A DNA stretch of 64,000 bases, taken from contig DATLOU010000014.1 in the NCBI GenBank assembly GCA_035536115.1, positions 2,937 to 66,936 on the forward strand, in the 5' to 3' direction. This document shows positions 9,574 to 24,609 of the stretch, piece by piece. Position numbers and translations under genes: made by a program. This DNA comes from Rhizomicrobium sp. Lineage in GTDB: Bacteria; Pseudomonadota; Alphaproteobacteria; Micropepsales; Micropepsaceae. The notes below the pieces were generated by a model that saw only the letters and a program-made list of their open reading frames with translations, was not told where the DNA came from and ran no database searches. How positions within the stretch are numbered: the stretch's first letter is position 1; each line of letters starts with the position of its first letter.

Positions 9574-10491
9574 CTAATGCGCCGATGCGGCTGTGACGTA
9601 AAGTTTCTTTTCCTTATAGGCGATGTACAGGTGAAGTTGGCGAAGAACATCCATGCCGAGAATAAGCTCCGGGCGGCCCGGCAACGCGATTTCCCTTCGC
9701 GGGAAAAGCAGAATATCGGGATTCGAAACCGCGACGCCGCCGAATTTGAGCGTCTTAAAGGGATATTTCGAGACATTGCCGCGGGACGACTTCGCGATGG
9801 TCTTGAGCGCCGGGTCGTCATCCTTGAAGCCGAAGATGTCCTCGGCCTGTTCCAATTGCAGGGTCGAGCGGAACGCGCCCGTGTCGAGGACGGCACGGAT
9901 GCTTTGTCCGTCGAGCTCGACCAGAAACTCGATGTGACCGATATTGCTCAACGTGAACGGTATTTCTGCGTGGTCGTCCGTCGTCCAATAGGCGAGATCG
10001 GCCTGGCAGTGATCCTGGAGGAACAGATTGAATCGCGCATTGGCGAAATCGAATTCGACGTCATAGACGCGCAACACGTCGTTCGACAATATTCCGCTTA
10101 CGCCATCGGACATTGGCGCCGGCGTGACCAGGAACGGCATTTTTTCAGCCTTGAGCCCGCCGAAATCGATGTCGCGCGCGATCGTGTTGTGATCGATTTT
10201 CAAGCCGCCGAACATGACGACATAAGCGTATTGGAGCGGCATTTTTGGTAGCCCGAGCGCTTCGACGGTCTTGTCCGACAACATCGAGTCGACGCCGCCG
10301 GTGTCGACGAGAAGATTGAATGTCTGACCGCCGATCGACAGCGGCACATTCGGCCGCCCTGTGGGATCAACCGACATCTCGACCGACGCAGCGCGTACGA
10401 GACCACACGGTTTATCGTCGGAAGCGACACACGGAGCGCAGAGGCCAAGAACTGCTGCCAGCGCAAGCGCGGCACGGCGAAGATTTCTCAT
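9574..10491 (-). CDS. secreted bilobed retropepsin-like aspartic protease, tandem paralogue
   Basis: The ATG at 10491 overlaps the TGA of the upstream TPR gene (ATGA). Signal peptide MRNLRRAALALAAVLGLCAPCVA. Motifs LLVDTGGVDS and AVLDTGAFRS. Its C-terminus KKLYVTAASAH parallels KTLYITPASAH in the neighbouring gene. Confidence 0.7.
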   Translation of the reverse strand: MRNLRRAALALAAVLGLCAPCVASDDKPCGLVRAASVEMSVDPTGRPNVPLSIGGQTFNLLVDTGGVDSMLSDKTVEALGLPKMPLQYAYVVMFGGLKIDHNTIARDIDFGGLKAEKMPFLVTPAPMSDGVSGILSNDVLRVYDVEFDFANARFNLFLQDHCQADLAYWTTDDHAEIPFTLSNIGHIEFLVELDGQSIRAVLDTGAFRSTLQLEQAEDIFGFKDDDPALKTIAKSSRGNVSKYPFKTLKFGGVAVSNPDILLFPRREIALPGRPELILGMDVLRQLHLYIAYKEKKLYVTAASAH

Positions 10492-11315
10492 TTCAGCGTG
10501 CTCAGCTCGAATCGGGCTTCGTCGTATTCGACAAAATTCTTCGGACATTTCTCAGCCGCCGCGTCCAGGAGCGGCTTGGCGGACGCCACGTCTTTGCGCG
10601 CCAGCCACCATTCGGCGACGTAGAAGTCCGCTTCGCATTGCTGGTTGGCAACCTTGTCCGCGTCGCCGCGCGACGCGGCCGACGCCACGTCTTCCGGCTT
10701 GGCCTCGCCGGCGAACATTCTGATGAGCGGCGCAGGCCAGCCGCCATTGCCGATTTCGCGCAAGACTTGTTCGCCGGTCCCGGGATCAAGGCCGCCGCGC
10801 GCGCGCGACAATTCGAGCCACAACACCGCGTAGGCGTCTTTCGGGTCAAGCTGCGCGACGTGCATAAAATCGTCCGCGGCCGCAGCGAATTTCTTCAGCC
10901 GCCAGCGCACCCTACCCCGACTCCAATAGACGCCGCGTTCTTGCCGCATGCCGATGAGCTCAGTCAGATCTGACTCGGCGGCGGAATAGTCGCCCGCGCA
11001 TGAAGAAGCGTTGCTGCGAAGTTCCAGGCCCTGTACATCGCCGGGCTTCAGGCGGATGAATTCGTTGAGATCGCCCACCGCGCTTTTGCATTGGCCCTGG
11101 CGCAGATACGCGATGGCGCGGCCGCGATAGGCGGCTGGTAGCAGCGTCGGATTGAGATCGCCCGCCGCCAGTGCGGCGCTGAACGAGGTCACGGCGAGCG
11201 CCGGATCGCCCTGGAGATTTGCCGACACGCCGCGTGCGAAATCGTCATAGGCCGCAGCATGCGCGACGCCGCACGCGACCCCCAGAAACGCGACAACGAT
11301 GAAGAATCCGCGCAA
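10488..11315 (-). CDS. secreted TPR-repeat protein (NlpI-like)
   Basis: TPR-like helices are present (AIAYLRQGQCKSAVGDLNEFIRLKPGD, AAADDFMHVAQLDPKDAYAVLW, ASAKPLLDAAAEKCP). A TTG at 11315 with GGGGGAAGGA upstream gives signal peptide MRGFFIVVAFLGVACGVAHA. An alternative ATG at 11390 would overlap the metH end by 11 nt. Confidence 0.65.
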   Translation of the reverse strand: MRGFFIVVAFLGVACGVAHAAAYDDFARGVSANLQGDPALAVTSFSAALAAGDLNPTLLPAAYRGRAIAYLRQGQCKSAVGDLNEFIRLKPGDVQGLELRSNASSCAGDYSAAESDLTELIGMRQERGVYWSRGRVRWRLKKFAAAADDFMHVAQLDPKDAYAVLWLELSRARGGLDPGTGEQVLREIGNGGWPAPLIRMFAGEAKPEDVASAASRGDADKVANQQCEADFYVAEWWLARKDVASAKPLLDAAAEKCPKNFVEYDEARFELSTLK

Positions 11316-11379
11316 TCCTTCCCCCGACTCCGCAAAGCATAAATCCACGCCTGACCGCAGACAATCGAGGCGCTTCTCT

Positions 11380-15089
<3,710 letters not shown>

Positions 15090-15093
<4 letters not shown>

Positions 15094-15974
15094 GCGGAAC
15101 CTCTGGGCTGCAGGCCCATGATGCGACAGGCGGCGTAGGTCAGGTTCGCCTGGTTCAACGTATAGAAGTGGAACTGCGAAAAGCCGAGCGCGCGCAACCG
15201 CTGCACCTGTTCGGCCAGCACAGCAGCCGCCACGATACGACGTGTCTCGACATCGTCATCGAGGCCGGCATAGGCCTGCGTCAACCATTGCGGAATCTTC
15301 GTGCCGCACTTGGCTGCCATGCGTTCGACACCGCGAAAACCCGTCGTCGGCATGATGCCGGGAACGATCGGCGCGACGATGCCGGCAGCAACGCACCGGT
15401 CGCGAAAGCGCGCGACGGCGTCATTGTCGAAGCAGAATTGGCCGAGCGCGCGCGTGGCGCCTGCGTCGATCTTGCGCTTGAGCAGCGCGACATCGTGCTC
15501 CAGCGAAGGTGAATCAGGATGGCATTCGGGATAGCAGGAGACGCTGATCTCGAACGGCGCGGTCTTGCGCAACCCCTCGATCAAATCCGGGGTCGAGGCA
15601 TAACCCAGTTCATGCGCCTTATAAGGTCCGCTCATGCCGGGCATGTCGCCGCGCAAGGCGACGAGATGGCGGATGCCCGCGTCCCAGTAACCGCGCACGA
15701 TCTCGTCGATCTCGCACCTGGAATGGCCCGCGCATGTGAGATGCGCGGCTGGCTTGAGCCTGGTCTCCTCGACGATGCGCTTGACGGTCGCATGCGTGCG
15801 TTCGCGCGTGGAGCCGCCTGCGCCATAGGTGACCGAGACGAAAGACGGCGCCAACGGCTCGAGCCTGCGGATGGCGCGCCACAACGCCTCTTCGGCTTCC
15901 GCCGTTTTCGGCGGCGAGAATTCGAAGGAGACCGCGATCGGCCGCCTGTCGGAGACGAGTTCGCCGAGGCTCAT
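15090..15974 (-). CDS. metF: 5,10-methylenetetrahydrofolate reductase
   Basis: 294 aa with typical MetF N-terminus SFEFSPPKT and ...[15 protein letters not shown].... The start overlaps the stop of the upstream regulator gene (ATGA at 15971-15974). Confidence 0.93.
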
Positions 15975-16939
15975 GCGGCCTCCGCCTGTGCTTTCGCCGC
16001 CGCTTCGGCCAGCCAGATTTTCACGGTGAGCTTATTCCTGCCCGCCGCGATTGCTTCGTTGGCGACAGGCTTGAGACCGGCAGCCTGGAACCAGCCCTGC
16101 ACTTCGCGATCGGCAAAGCCGAGCCGGCGATGGGCAAAGTCGCTGCGCAGGAATTCGAGATCGTGTGGTGCAAAGTCTGCGATCAAGAGGCGGCCGCCGG
16201 CGCGCATCACGCGCGCGGCTTCGGCAACCGCGGCCGCCGGATCGTCGAGATAGTGCAGCACCTGGTGGAACAAGACCGCATCGAAACCCGCAACTGCCGA
16301 ACCGTTGGCGAACGGCAGGCGATAGACGTCGCCCAGACGAACCTGAGCGTGCGTGATGTGCGCGCGTGCCAACCTGTCGCGTGCAATGGCGAGCATCTCG
16401 GCGCTGACATCGACGCCGATCGCGCGCTTCAGGTAGGGCGAAAGCAGTTCGAGCATCCGGCCGGTCCCGGTTCCGGCATCGAGCAGGAGGTTCATCGGCG
16501 TCGCTGCGATGTGACGCACGATCGCGGCTTCGACGTCTTTCTCCGGCGCATGCAGCGCACGGATGCGCTCCCATTGCGCCGCGTTGGCCTTGAAGTAGGC
16601 GGCAGCTTCCGCGGCGCGCGTTTCGCGCACGGTCGCGAGACGCTTGCGATCGGAGTCAAGGATTGCAGAATCGGGCGCGGCGATTTCGGCGATGGCGGCA
16701 GCAAAGTCGGCGCCCTTGCCCTGCTCGCTCGCGCGGTAGAAGACCCAGCTTCCTTCCTTGAAGCGCTCGAGCAATTCGGCTTCGCACAACAGTTTGAGAT
16801 GACGCGAGACGCGCGGCTGACTTTGGCCGACGATCTCGATCAGCTCGCTGACCGTGAGCTCGGCCTGGCGCAGAAGCAGCAACAGGCGCAGCCGGGTCGG
16901 ATCACCCGCGGCGCGCAGCATGGCAATCAGGGCGTCCAT
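15971..16939 (-). CDS. sahR: ArsR-family HTH regulator fused to a SAM-methyltransferase-like domain (SahR-type methionine-cycle regulator)
   Basis: The N-terminus is an ArsR/SmtB winged helix (AAGDPTRLRLLLLLRQAELTVSELIEIVGQSQPRVSRHLKLL). The C-terminus is a class I methyltransferase fold (LLDAGTGTGRML). The gene is first in an operon with metF and metH. ATG at 16939 with an AAGGAG SD; the ORF track gives 16969. Confidence 0.8.
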   Translation of the reverse strand: MDALIAMLRAAGDPTRLRLLLLLRQAELTVSELIEIVGQSQPRVSRHLKLLCEAELLERFKEGSWVFYRASEQGKGADFAAAIAEIAAPDSAILDSDRKRLATVRETRAAEAAAYFKANAAQWERIRALHAPEKDVEAAIVRHIAATPMNLLLDAGTGTGRMLELLSPYLKRAIGVDVSAEMLAIARDRLARAHITHAQVRLGDVYRLPFANGSAVAGFDAVLFHQVLHYLDDPAAAVAEAARVMRAGGRLLIADFAPHDLEFLRSDFAHRRLGFADREVQGWFQAAGLKPVANEAIAAGRNKLTVKIWLAEAAAKAQAEAA

Positions 16940-16966
16940 CGCAACCTTCTCCTTCAAACACATAAA

Positions 16967-16980
16967 CATATCTTTATATG
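16967..16980. promoter_or_regulatory. inverted repeat CATAT-cttt-ATATG upstream of the sahR-like gene (candidate operator)
   Basis: catatctttatatg lies 28 nt upstream of the 16939 start, in an AT-rich 100-nt divergent intergenic region shared with mlaA. Confidence 0.25.
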
Positions 16981-17045
16981 ATTATGCAATGGTTACGGCG
17001 AGCCGGCTCGGAGAATTCAAGGAATCGCTTATATAAAAGAGCGAT

Positions 17046-17792
17046 ATGGCGGGGATTGGCGGCAGAGACATCGGGATCTTGGCGGCAGCGGCGCTTTTGG
17101 CGTGCTGGCTGGGCGGTTGTGCGACGACGCCGACCCCCGAAATGCGGGCGGCGAATGACCCGTTCGAGCCCACCAACCGCGAGACGCTGAAACTGAACGG
17201 GAAAATCGACAAATACTTCGTAATTCCCACCGTCGGCGCCTATTTCTTCATCGTTCCGGACGGCGGCCGCCGCGCCATCCATAATTTTCTGCAGAACGTT
17301 TCGTTGCCAACGGTGTTTGTAAATGACGTGCTTCAGGGCGAGACCAAACGTGCTGGACAGACTTTCGCGCGCTTCACGATCAACACGACGCTGGGTTTGG
17401 GCGGATTTTTCGATCCGGCGACGAAGAAATTCCACGTTCCGGCCCATGGCGAGGATTTCGGTCAGACACTGGCGGTCTGGGGTGTCGGCGAAGGACCGTA
17501 TCTCATTCTGCCTGTCATCGGCCCGCAGCCGCCGAGGGATGCATTCGGACAGGTCGTCGACGTTTTTCTGGATCCGACCACCCATATCCACTTCAAGCAG
17601 CATCTGTGGTGGGATGTCGGGCGATACTATTTCACGCTTCTGGATTTGCGCGGGCAAACCTATTCGACCGTGCAAGGCATCCAGCGCAGTTCGGTGGACT
17701 ATTATGCCTCGCTGCGCAGCCTTTACCGCCAGATGCGCAACAATGAGATTAGCAACGGCAAGCCTGAGACGGAAAACCTACCGGAGTTCTGA
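17046..17792 (+). CDS. mlaA: MlaA/VacJ-family outer-membrane lipoprotein
   Basis: Lipobox LGGC after a hydrophobic signal peptide. Conserved motifs DPFEPTNRE, NDVLQG, RFTINTTLGLGGFFD, EDFGQTLAVWGV and GPYLILPVIGP. Confidence 0.85.
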   Translation: MAGIGGRDIGILAAAALLACWLGGCATTPTPEMRAANDPFEPTNRETLKLNGKIDKYFVIPTVGAYFFIVPDGGRRAIHNFLQNVSLPTVFVNDVLQGETKRAGQTFARFTINTTLGLGGFFDPATKKFHVPAHGEDFGQTLAVWGVGEGPYLILPVIGPQPPRDAFGQVVDVFLDPTTHIHFKQHLWWDVGRYYFTLLDLRGQTYSTVQGIQRSSVDYYASLRSLYRQMRNNEISNGKPETENLPEF

Positions 17793-17857
17793 CGCCGCCA
17801 CGAACTTGCCATATGGCGCCACGACCATCGGAACGCTCCATTGAGGAAAGACGAACC

Positions 17858-18520
17858 ATGTCTGCTACGGACCTGACCCCCGGCATACTGCCCCTCGCGC
17901 GCCGCGCGATCCTCGCATTTGCGTTTGCAACGGCTTCGCTCGCGGTTGCAACGACATCCGCGACGGCCAGCGCGCCCGCCGAGGCCTATGTGCAGAATAA
18001 CGTGCAGACCGGGCTCTCCATCCTGAACAACCGCTCGGCCTCGACCGACCAGAAGCGCGAGCAGTTCGAGCACTTCATTCTCGGGCTGACCGACATGAAG
18101 CGGATCGCGAACTTCACGCTCGGACAATACAAGCGCACCGCGTCACCTCAGGAACAGGAGGCCTTTGCGCAAGCCTTCCAGAGTTATGCCATCGCGGTTT
18201 ACCAATCCTATTTCTCGAAATATTCGGGCCAGACGCTGAAGGTCACAGGTTCGCAGCAGCGCGCGCCGGGCGACACCATCGTCCAGACCGTGATGATCGA
18301 TCCCAACGACAAAAGCGGACAGCCGCCGCTCGAAGTCGATTTCCGCGTGCTGGGCGAGGGCGGCAAGTTCGTCGTGATCGATTTCAGCGTCTCCGGAATC
18401 TGGCTGGCGCTGGAGGAACGCGATCAATTCAGCTCCTTCCTCGGCCAGAACAACGGCAGCATTGCGCTGTTGATCTCGCACCTGAAGGAATTGGCCCGGA
18501 ACTACAAGGCCGAGCACTGA
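17858..18520 (+). CDS. mlaC: MlaC/Ttg2D-family periplasmic lipid-binding protein
   Basis: Signal-like N-terminus from the ATG at 17858 (MSATDLTPGILPLARRAILAFAFATASLAVA). The MlaC-like body includes FTLGQYKRTASPQEQEAF and YQSYFSKYSGQTLKV. It lies directly downstream of mlaA. Confidence 0.75.
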   Translation: MSATDLTPGILPLARRAILAFAFATASLAVATTSATASAPAEAYVQNNVQTGLSILNNRSASTDQKREQFEHFILGLTDMKRIANFTLGQYKRTASPQEQEAFAQAFQSYAIAVYQSYFSKYSGQTLKVTGSQQRAPGDTIVQTVMIDPNDKSGQPPLEVDFRVLGEGGKFVVIDFSVSGIWLALEERDQFSSFLGQNNGSIALLISHLKELARNYKAEH

Positions 18521-18638
18521 GCCGCGCTACAACACGCGAATGTCGCGCCCGTGTTGTGCATGCCAAGTCCTGCGGCGGCTATCCTGTTCCTGATTGCGAG
18601 CATCGCGGAAGTATAGCCGCGCGCCTACAATCGACGCG

Positions 18639-20297
<1,659 letters not shown>

Positions 20298-20375
20298 GGG
20301 AATTCCTTGCGCTGATGGCGTGAGTGGAGCGGCTTGTAGCGAAGCGAGCGCGCGGCCGCAACGTTTGGATCGGCG

Positions 20376-21500
20376 CTAGAACTTGATGCGCGCCCGCGAC
20401 AGCAGCGAGACGGAATTCGCCCCGGTTTGGCCGGCGAAGTTCATCTGGTACGAGGCATTGGTCTGCAACGCCAGGGAACCGTCGAGGAACGTCGTGACAT
20501 AACCGACCTCGATATCGGTTTCAGGCGTCGTGCCTTCGAGCAGATTGCTGCGGGAGAAGAACAGCGGCCGCCCCTGCCCGTTGCGCGTGGTGATGAAGCC
20601 GCTGCCGTCCGCGTTGAAGGCTGGACGTGAAACCGCCAGACCAAGCGCATCGTCGCCGAACAATCCGTTCTTGGCGATCGCGATGCCATAGGAGCGTGTA
20701 CGCAGGCTGTCGCCCGCCAGCGCCGGACTGAAACCTGGCTTGAGATCGAGCTGGGTGATGCCTTCGCTGTACGATGCCGTCGTGACCCAACCCGCGCCGA
20801 GTTGCACGCGCGCCGAAACATCGACGGCCGAGGTGTTGGCGTTGACGCCCGCAACCGGCGTACCCAAGACGCCGCCATGTTCGGAGGTTTGCGACCCGGT
20901 GAGGCCGACGGCGGCCCATTTGCCGATGTCCCACGTCAAGCCGCCAAGCAACGAGTTCGCGGCGCGCAGGCTGAAGAGATTGGTGCCGCCGCCGACGCGC
21001 GCGAGCGACGATGCCGCGCCGGAGGAATAAGTCGAATAGCCCGAAGCGAGACTGGCCGTGCCGACCGAGAGATGCAGATCGTCCGCCAGCGCAACCGTCG
21101 CGCCGATGAAATCGCCACCGCTTGCGAGCGACGCATAGGGTGCGGCGAGCGCACTGCCGGAGAAGAACAAGGCATTGGAATTGGACGTGCCGGTCGACAT
21201 CACCTGGCCGGCAAGATCGACCTTGTAGCCAGCCTGAAGATTGAGACCGTCGATCAGCGCAACGCTCGTCACGAAGCTCGGGATCGCGTCGCGGCTAAGA
21301 TCGGGCGGACCGTAGTTCAGCGCCGGCAGAGCGAAGGACTGGCTAAGATCGATCGGACCGGCGAGCGAAGCGGCCCCGGTCTGCGCAGAAAACGAAGCGG
21401 CATCGAAGGACGTCGCCACGGGCGCAGCCGCGTGCGCGGCTCCCCCAATGGCGAGCGAGCCCGCGAACGCGCAGAATGCGCTGCGGAACAATCCCCTCAT
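20376..21500 (-). CDS. outer-membrane beta-barrel protein of unknown function
   Basis: Signal peptide MRGLFRSAFCAFAGSLAIGGAAHA. The sequence is G/S/A/T/N-rich with alternating patterns and ends C-terminally in ...LSRARIKF (terminal Phe). Confidence 0.55.
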   Translation of the reverse strand: MRGLFRSAFCAFAGSLAIGGAAHAAAPVATSFDAASFSAQTGAASLAGPIDLSQSFALPALNYGPPDLSRDAIPSFVTSVALIDGLNLQAGYKVDLAGQVMSTGTSNSNALFFSGSALAAPYASLASGGDFIGATVALADDLHLSVGTASLASGYSTYSSGAASSLARVGGGTNLFSLRAANSLLGGLTWDIGKWAAVGLTGSQTSEHGGVLGTPVAGVNANTSAVDVSARVQLGAGWVTTASYSEGITQLDLKPGFSPALAGDSLRTRSYGIAIAKNGLFGDDALGLAVSRPAFNADGSGFITTRNGQGRPLFFSRSNLLEGTTPETDIEVGYVTTFLDGSLALQTNASYQMNFAGQTGANSVSLLSRARIKF

Positions 21501-21774
21501 GGCTCCTACGATCTCAAACCTTTTAACCCACCTCAGATTACCAGCCGTACCTATTCAATCCAAGTTTCCCTTTGAAACCACTATGGTTTACGGCCCGAAT
21601 AGGCTGTTGCTGTGGCACTTTCGTAACGCCGTTGCTTACGCACCGTTGATAATAAAGTTACTGAACGCGCCCCGCCTCGGCAGCGGAATTGTTCGCGGGA
21701 TTCCAGCGATTTTGCTGGATATCCCCCTCACAGAAGGTTGCGCCGGGAACCCGAACGCCCCTATCTGAGATGGC

Positions 21775-22455
21775 ATGACTTCGACCACGATCAAGGCCGC
21801 GATCCTTCCGGTGACGCCATACCAGCAAAATTGTTCGCTGGTGTGGTGTACGCGCACCATGCGGGGTGCGGTGATCGATCCTGGCGGAGATCTCGACCGG
21901 ATCAGGCAGGCGCTGGCCCAGGAAGGCGTCCAGTTGGAAAAAGTCCTTTTGACGCATGGCCATCTCGACCATGCGAGCGGCGCGACCAAGCTGGCGCGCG
22001 AATTTGCCGTTCCGATCGAAGGCCCGCACAAGGACGATGCATTCCTGCTCGACGGCCTTGGTCGCAATGCCGGGCGTCCTGGATTTGCCGACGCGGAAAA
22101 CTGCACGCCTAGCCGCTGGCTTGAGGACGGCGACGTCGTCAGTGTCGGCGAGGCGACGCTCGGCGTGCGCCATTGCCCGGGACACACGCCAGGCCACATC
22201 GTGTTCTTTCATGAAGGCGCAAAGGTCGCCTTCGTCGGCGACGTGCTGTTCGCAGGTTCGGTCGGGCGCAGCGATCTGCCGCGCGGCAATCATCAGCAAC
22301 TGGTCGACTCGATCACGACGCGCTTATGGCCGCTCGGCGACGACATGCATTTCGTGCCCGGCCATGGCCAGATGTCGACCTTCGGCTGGGAGCGCAAGAC
22401 CAACCCTTATGTCTGCGATCTGGCGTTGCAGATCCAAAAAGATCTGGGCGGTTAG
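21775..22455 (+). CDS. MBL-fold metallo-hydrolase (glyoxalase II-like)
   Basis: The HxHxDH motif (THGHLDHASG) is present, with downstream CPGHTPGH and FVPGHG. Confidence 0.85.
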   Translation: MTSTTIKAAILPVTPYQQNCSLVWCTRTMRGAVIDPGGDLDRIRQALAQEGVQLEKVLLTHGHLDHASGATKLAREFAVPIEGPHKDDAFLLDGLGRNAGRPGFADAENCTPSRWLEDGDVVSVGEATLGVRHCPGHTPGHIVFFHEGAKVAFVGDVLFAGSVGRSDLPRGNHQQLVDSITTRLWPLGDDMHFVPGHGQMSTFGWERKTNPYVCDLALQIQKDLGG

Positions 22456-22492
22456 CAGGGACATTCCCCGCTCACGGCTGCGCCATGATCGA

Positions 22493-22581
22493 CCCTCCCG
22501 TAAACGGGAGAGGTTCAAACTGACTTACCTCGCCCGCTTGCGGGAGAGGTCGGTTGGCGCGCAGCGACACCGGGTGAGGGC
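22493..22581. repeat. intergenic GC-rich palindromic repeat unit (REP-like)
   Basis: One hairpin is cctcccg-taaa-cgggagagg (22494-22513). A second is cctcgcccgc-ttg-cgggagagg (22528-22549). The tail is gggtgaggg (22572-22580). It uses the same building blocks (cctctccc/gggagagg, gggtgagg) as the intragenic element at 4895-5000. Confidence 0.55.
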
Positions 22582-22582
22582 A

Positions 22583-23434
22583 TCAGCGCGGCGCGGGTTT
22601 GTAGCTCGCAGGCATTCCTGCCGATACCTTGCCCGGAAAATTCGGCTTGCGCTTTTCGAGGAACGCGGCGACGCCTTCCTTGACGTCGGGACCCGAACCC
22701 AATTCGACCGACAGCAGCCCGTCGATCTTCATCAGTTCGAACGGATGCGCCATGCCGGAATAGCTCCAGAGCATCTGACGCGTCAGCGCGAGCGAAACGG
22801 GCGCGGTGTTCTCCACGATCTCCTGCGCGATCTCCTTGGCGCGCGCCAGCAGGCGGTCGGGCGCGACGACTTCCGAAACGAGGCCGCCTTCCTTCGCTTC
22901 ATCGGCACCGAAGACGCGCCCAGAGAGACACCAGCGCAAGGCCTGGTTCAGTCCGACCAGACGGGGCAAGAACCAGGCGCTGCCAGCTTCCGGCACGAGA
23001 CCCCGTCGCGCGAACACGAAACCGAACTTGGCCTCGCTCGAGGCGATCTTGATGTCCATCGGCAAGGCGAGCGTGATGCCGACGCCGACGGCGGGACCGT
23101 TGATCGCGGCGATCGACGGCTTCTTGCAATCGAAGATCGCTTGCACGAACCCACCGCGCGAGGAACGGGGCCGCGTCCCGGCAAACATCGCAGTATTGCC
23201 CGACTTGGTGTCGAAGGCGTTGGCGCCGCCGGAAATGTCGGCGCCGGCACAGAAGCCGCGTCCGGCACCTGTCACGATGATCACGCGCACCGCGTCATCC
23301 TCGTCGGCGCGGATGAAGGCGTCTTCCAGTTCCGCGCCCATCGTCGCCGTGTAGGCGTTGAGCTTTTCCGGCCGATTGAGCGTGACGGTCGCGATCGCAC
23401 CGTCCAATTCGTACTTGATGTGCTGGTAGCTCAT
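22583..23434 (-). CDS. enoyl-CoA hydratase/isomerase (crotonase family)
   Basis: MSYQHIKYELDGAIATVTLNRPEKLNA, then GAGRGFCAGADI and AAINGPAVGVG. The internal ATG at 23434 is preferred over the ORF-track start at 23503. Confidence 0.85.
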   Translation of the reverse strand: MSYQHIKYELDGAIATVTLNRPEKLNAYTATMGAELEDAFIRADEDDAVRVIIVTGAGRGFCAGADISGGANAFDTKSGNTAMFAGTRPRSSRGGFVQAIFDCKKPSIAAINGPAVGVGITLALPMDIKIASSEAKFGFVFARRGLVPEAGSAWFLPRLVGLNQALRWCLSGRVFGADEAKEGGLVSEVVAPDRLLARAKEIAQEIVENTAPVSLALTRQMLWSYSGMAHPFELMKIDGLLSVELGSGPDVKEGVAAFLEKRKPNFPGKVSAGMPASYKPAPR

Positions 23435-23535
23435 GGCGTTCTCCGCGCTAGAACGCGAACGATAGACCTTGCGGCGATGAAGCCAAGCCTTCCGCCGCGG
23501 CATTCTTCGTCAAGCACAGAGTGAGCAGGGTCTGT

Positions 23536-24453
23536 TCAGCCGAACGTCACGCCGGTCAGTTGCTCGGAGAGATTCCACAAGCGCTGCGCCACGGCTTTGT
23601 CGTGCGCCAATCGGGAACTTCGCGCGATGCCGGGTGTGCCGATCAACTCGAACGTGCCGCTCGGCCCGTAGAAGCCGCCTGGCCGCGCTTCCACCGCGGT
23701 CGCGGCGAACAACGTCGGCAAGGCGCCTTCGGCCGGGGACTGCGAGAGAAAGAGCGCGACCAGACGGCTGAATTGATAGCTCAGCCCCTTCGTACCGGGC
23801 CCGTTGGGGATGAGGTTTGTGAGCGCGTAGCCGGGATGAGCGGCATTGGAGAGCAGACCCCAGCCTTTGGCGTCGCTTCGTCTCTGTAGCTCGAAGGCGA
23901 ACAACAGATTGGCGAGCTTGGATTGACTGTACGCCGCGACCGGCCGGTATTTCTTCTCGAACTGCAGATCGTCGAAATGGATGCGGCCGATGCGGTGCAT
24001 GCCGCTGGAGACTGTCGTGACGCGCGCTTTGTTCGCGGCGCGCAACAGCGGCAGTAAAAGCGCGGTCAGTACGAAATGCCCAAGATGATTGGTGGCGAAC
24101 TGCAATTCGAACCCGTCGACGGACGTTTTTCGTTGGGGCGGAGACATCAAGCCCGCATTGTTCACGAGAATGTCCAAGACGCGGTGCGTCGCCTTCATGC
24201 GGTCGGCGAAGGCCGCAATCGAATCCAGGCTGGCGAGATCGAGTTCTTCGAAGCTGATCTTGGCGGCCGGCACTTCGGCGCGAATGGCGGCCACGGACTT
24301 GGCGCCCTTTGCCCGATCGCGCCCGGCGAGCACCACGTCGGCGCCGCGGCTGGCAAGTTCGAGCGCTGTCTCATAGCCGAGCCCGCCTGTCCCCGTGACG
24401 ATGGCGAATTTCCCCGTCTGATCGGGAATATTGGCGGCTGTCCATTCGAACAT
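23536..24453 (-). CDS. SDR-family oxidoreductase (retinol dehydrogenase-like)
   Basis: [14 protein letters not shown] (TGxxxGxG) and NNAG are present. The YxxxK motif is YSQSK. Confidence 0.85.
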   Translation of the reverse strand: MFEWTAANIPDQTGKFAIVTGTGGLGYETALELASRGADVVLAGRDRAKGAKSVAAIRAEVPAAKISFEELDLASLDSIAAFADRMKATHRVLDILVNNAGLMSPPQRKTSVDGFELQFATNHLGHFVLTALLLPLLRAANKARVTTVSSGMHRIGRIHFDDLQFEKKYRPVAAYSQSKLANLLFAFELQRRSDAKGWGLLSNAAHPGYALTNLIPNGPGTKGLSYQFSRLVALFLSQSPAEGALPTLFAATAVEARPGGFYGPSGTFELIGTPGIARSSRLAHDKAVAQRLWNLSEQLTGVTFG

Positions 24454-24609
24454 GGTGCGCTCCCCGCACGGGTCACTTATAGGCCAGCCGCCCTGGCGGA
24501 TCGAATGGCTTGCTTAATCGACGTGCGGCGGAAACGACTCGACTCTTGCGATGGAGCCTGATTTTTTGTCGCTCCAGCAGCCAAAAGCCAGCGTTGAGGG
24601 AGTTTTGCC

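Noticed and set aside
16940-17045. Possible SAM or cobalamin riboswitch upstream of the sahR-metF-metH operon
   Set aside because: The spacer is only about 100 nt and is shared with the divergent mlaA promoter. I could find no B12-box or SAM-II-like pseudoknot sequence by eye. Regulation by the ArsR-type protein is the simpler explanation.
21956-23524. 522-aa plus-strand ORF running through the MBL hydrolase 3' end, the repeat element and the crotonase gene
   Set aside because: It crosses an intergenic repeat and is antisense to a well-supported crotonase. No domain is recognisable.
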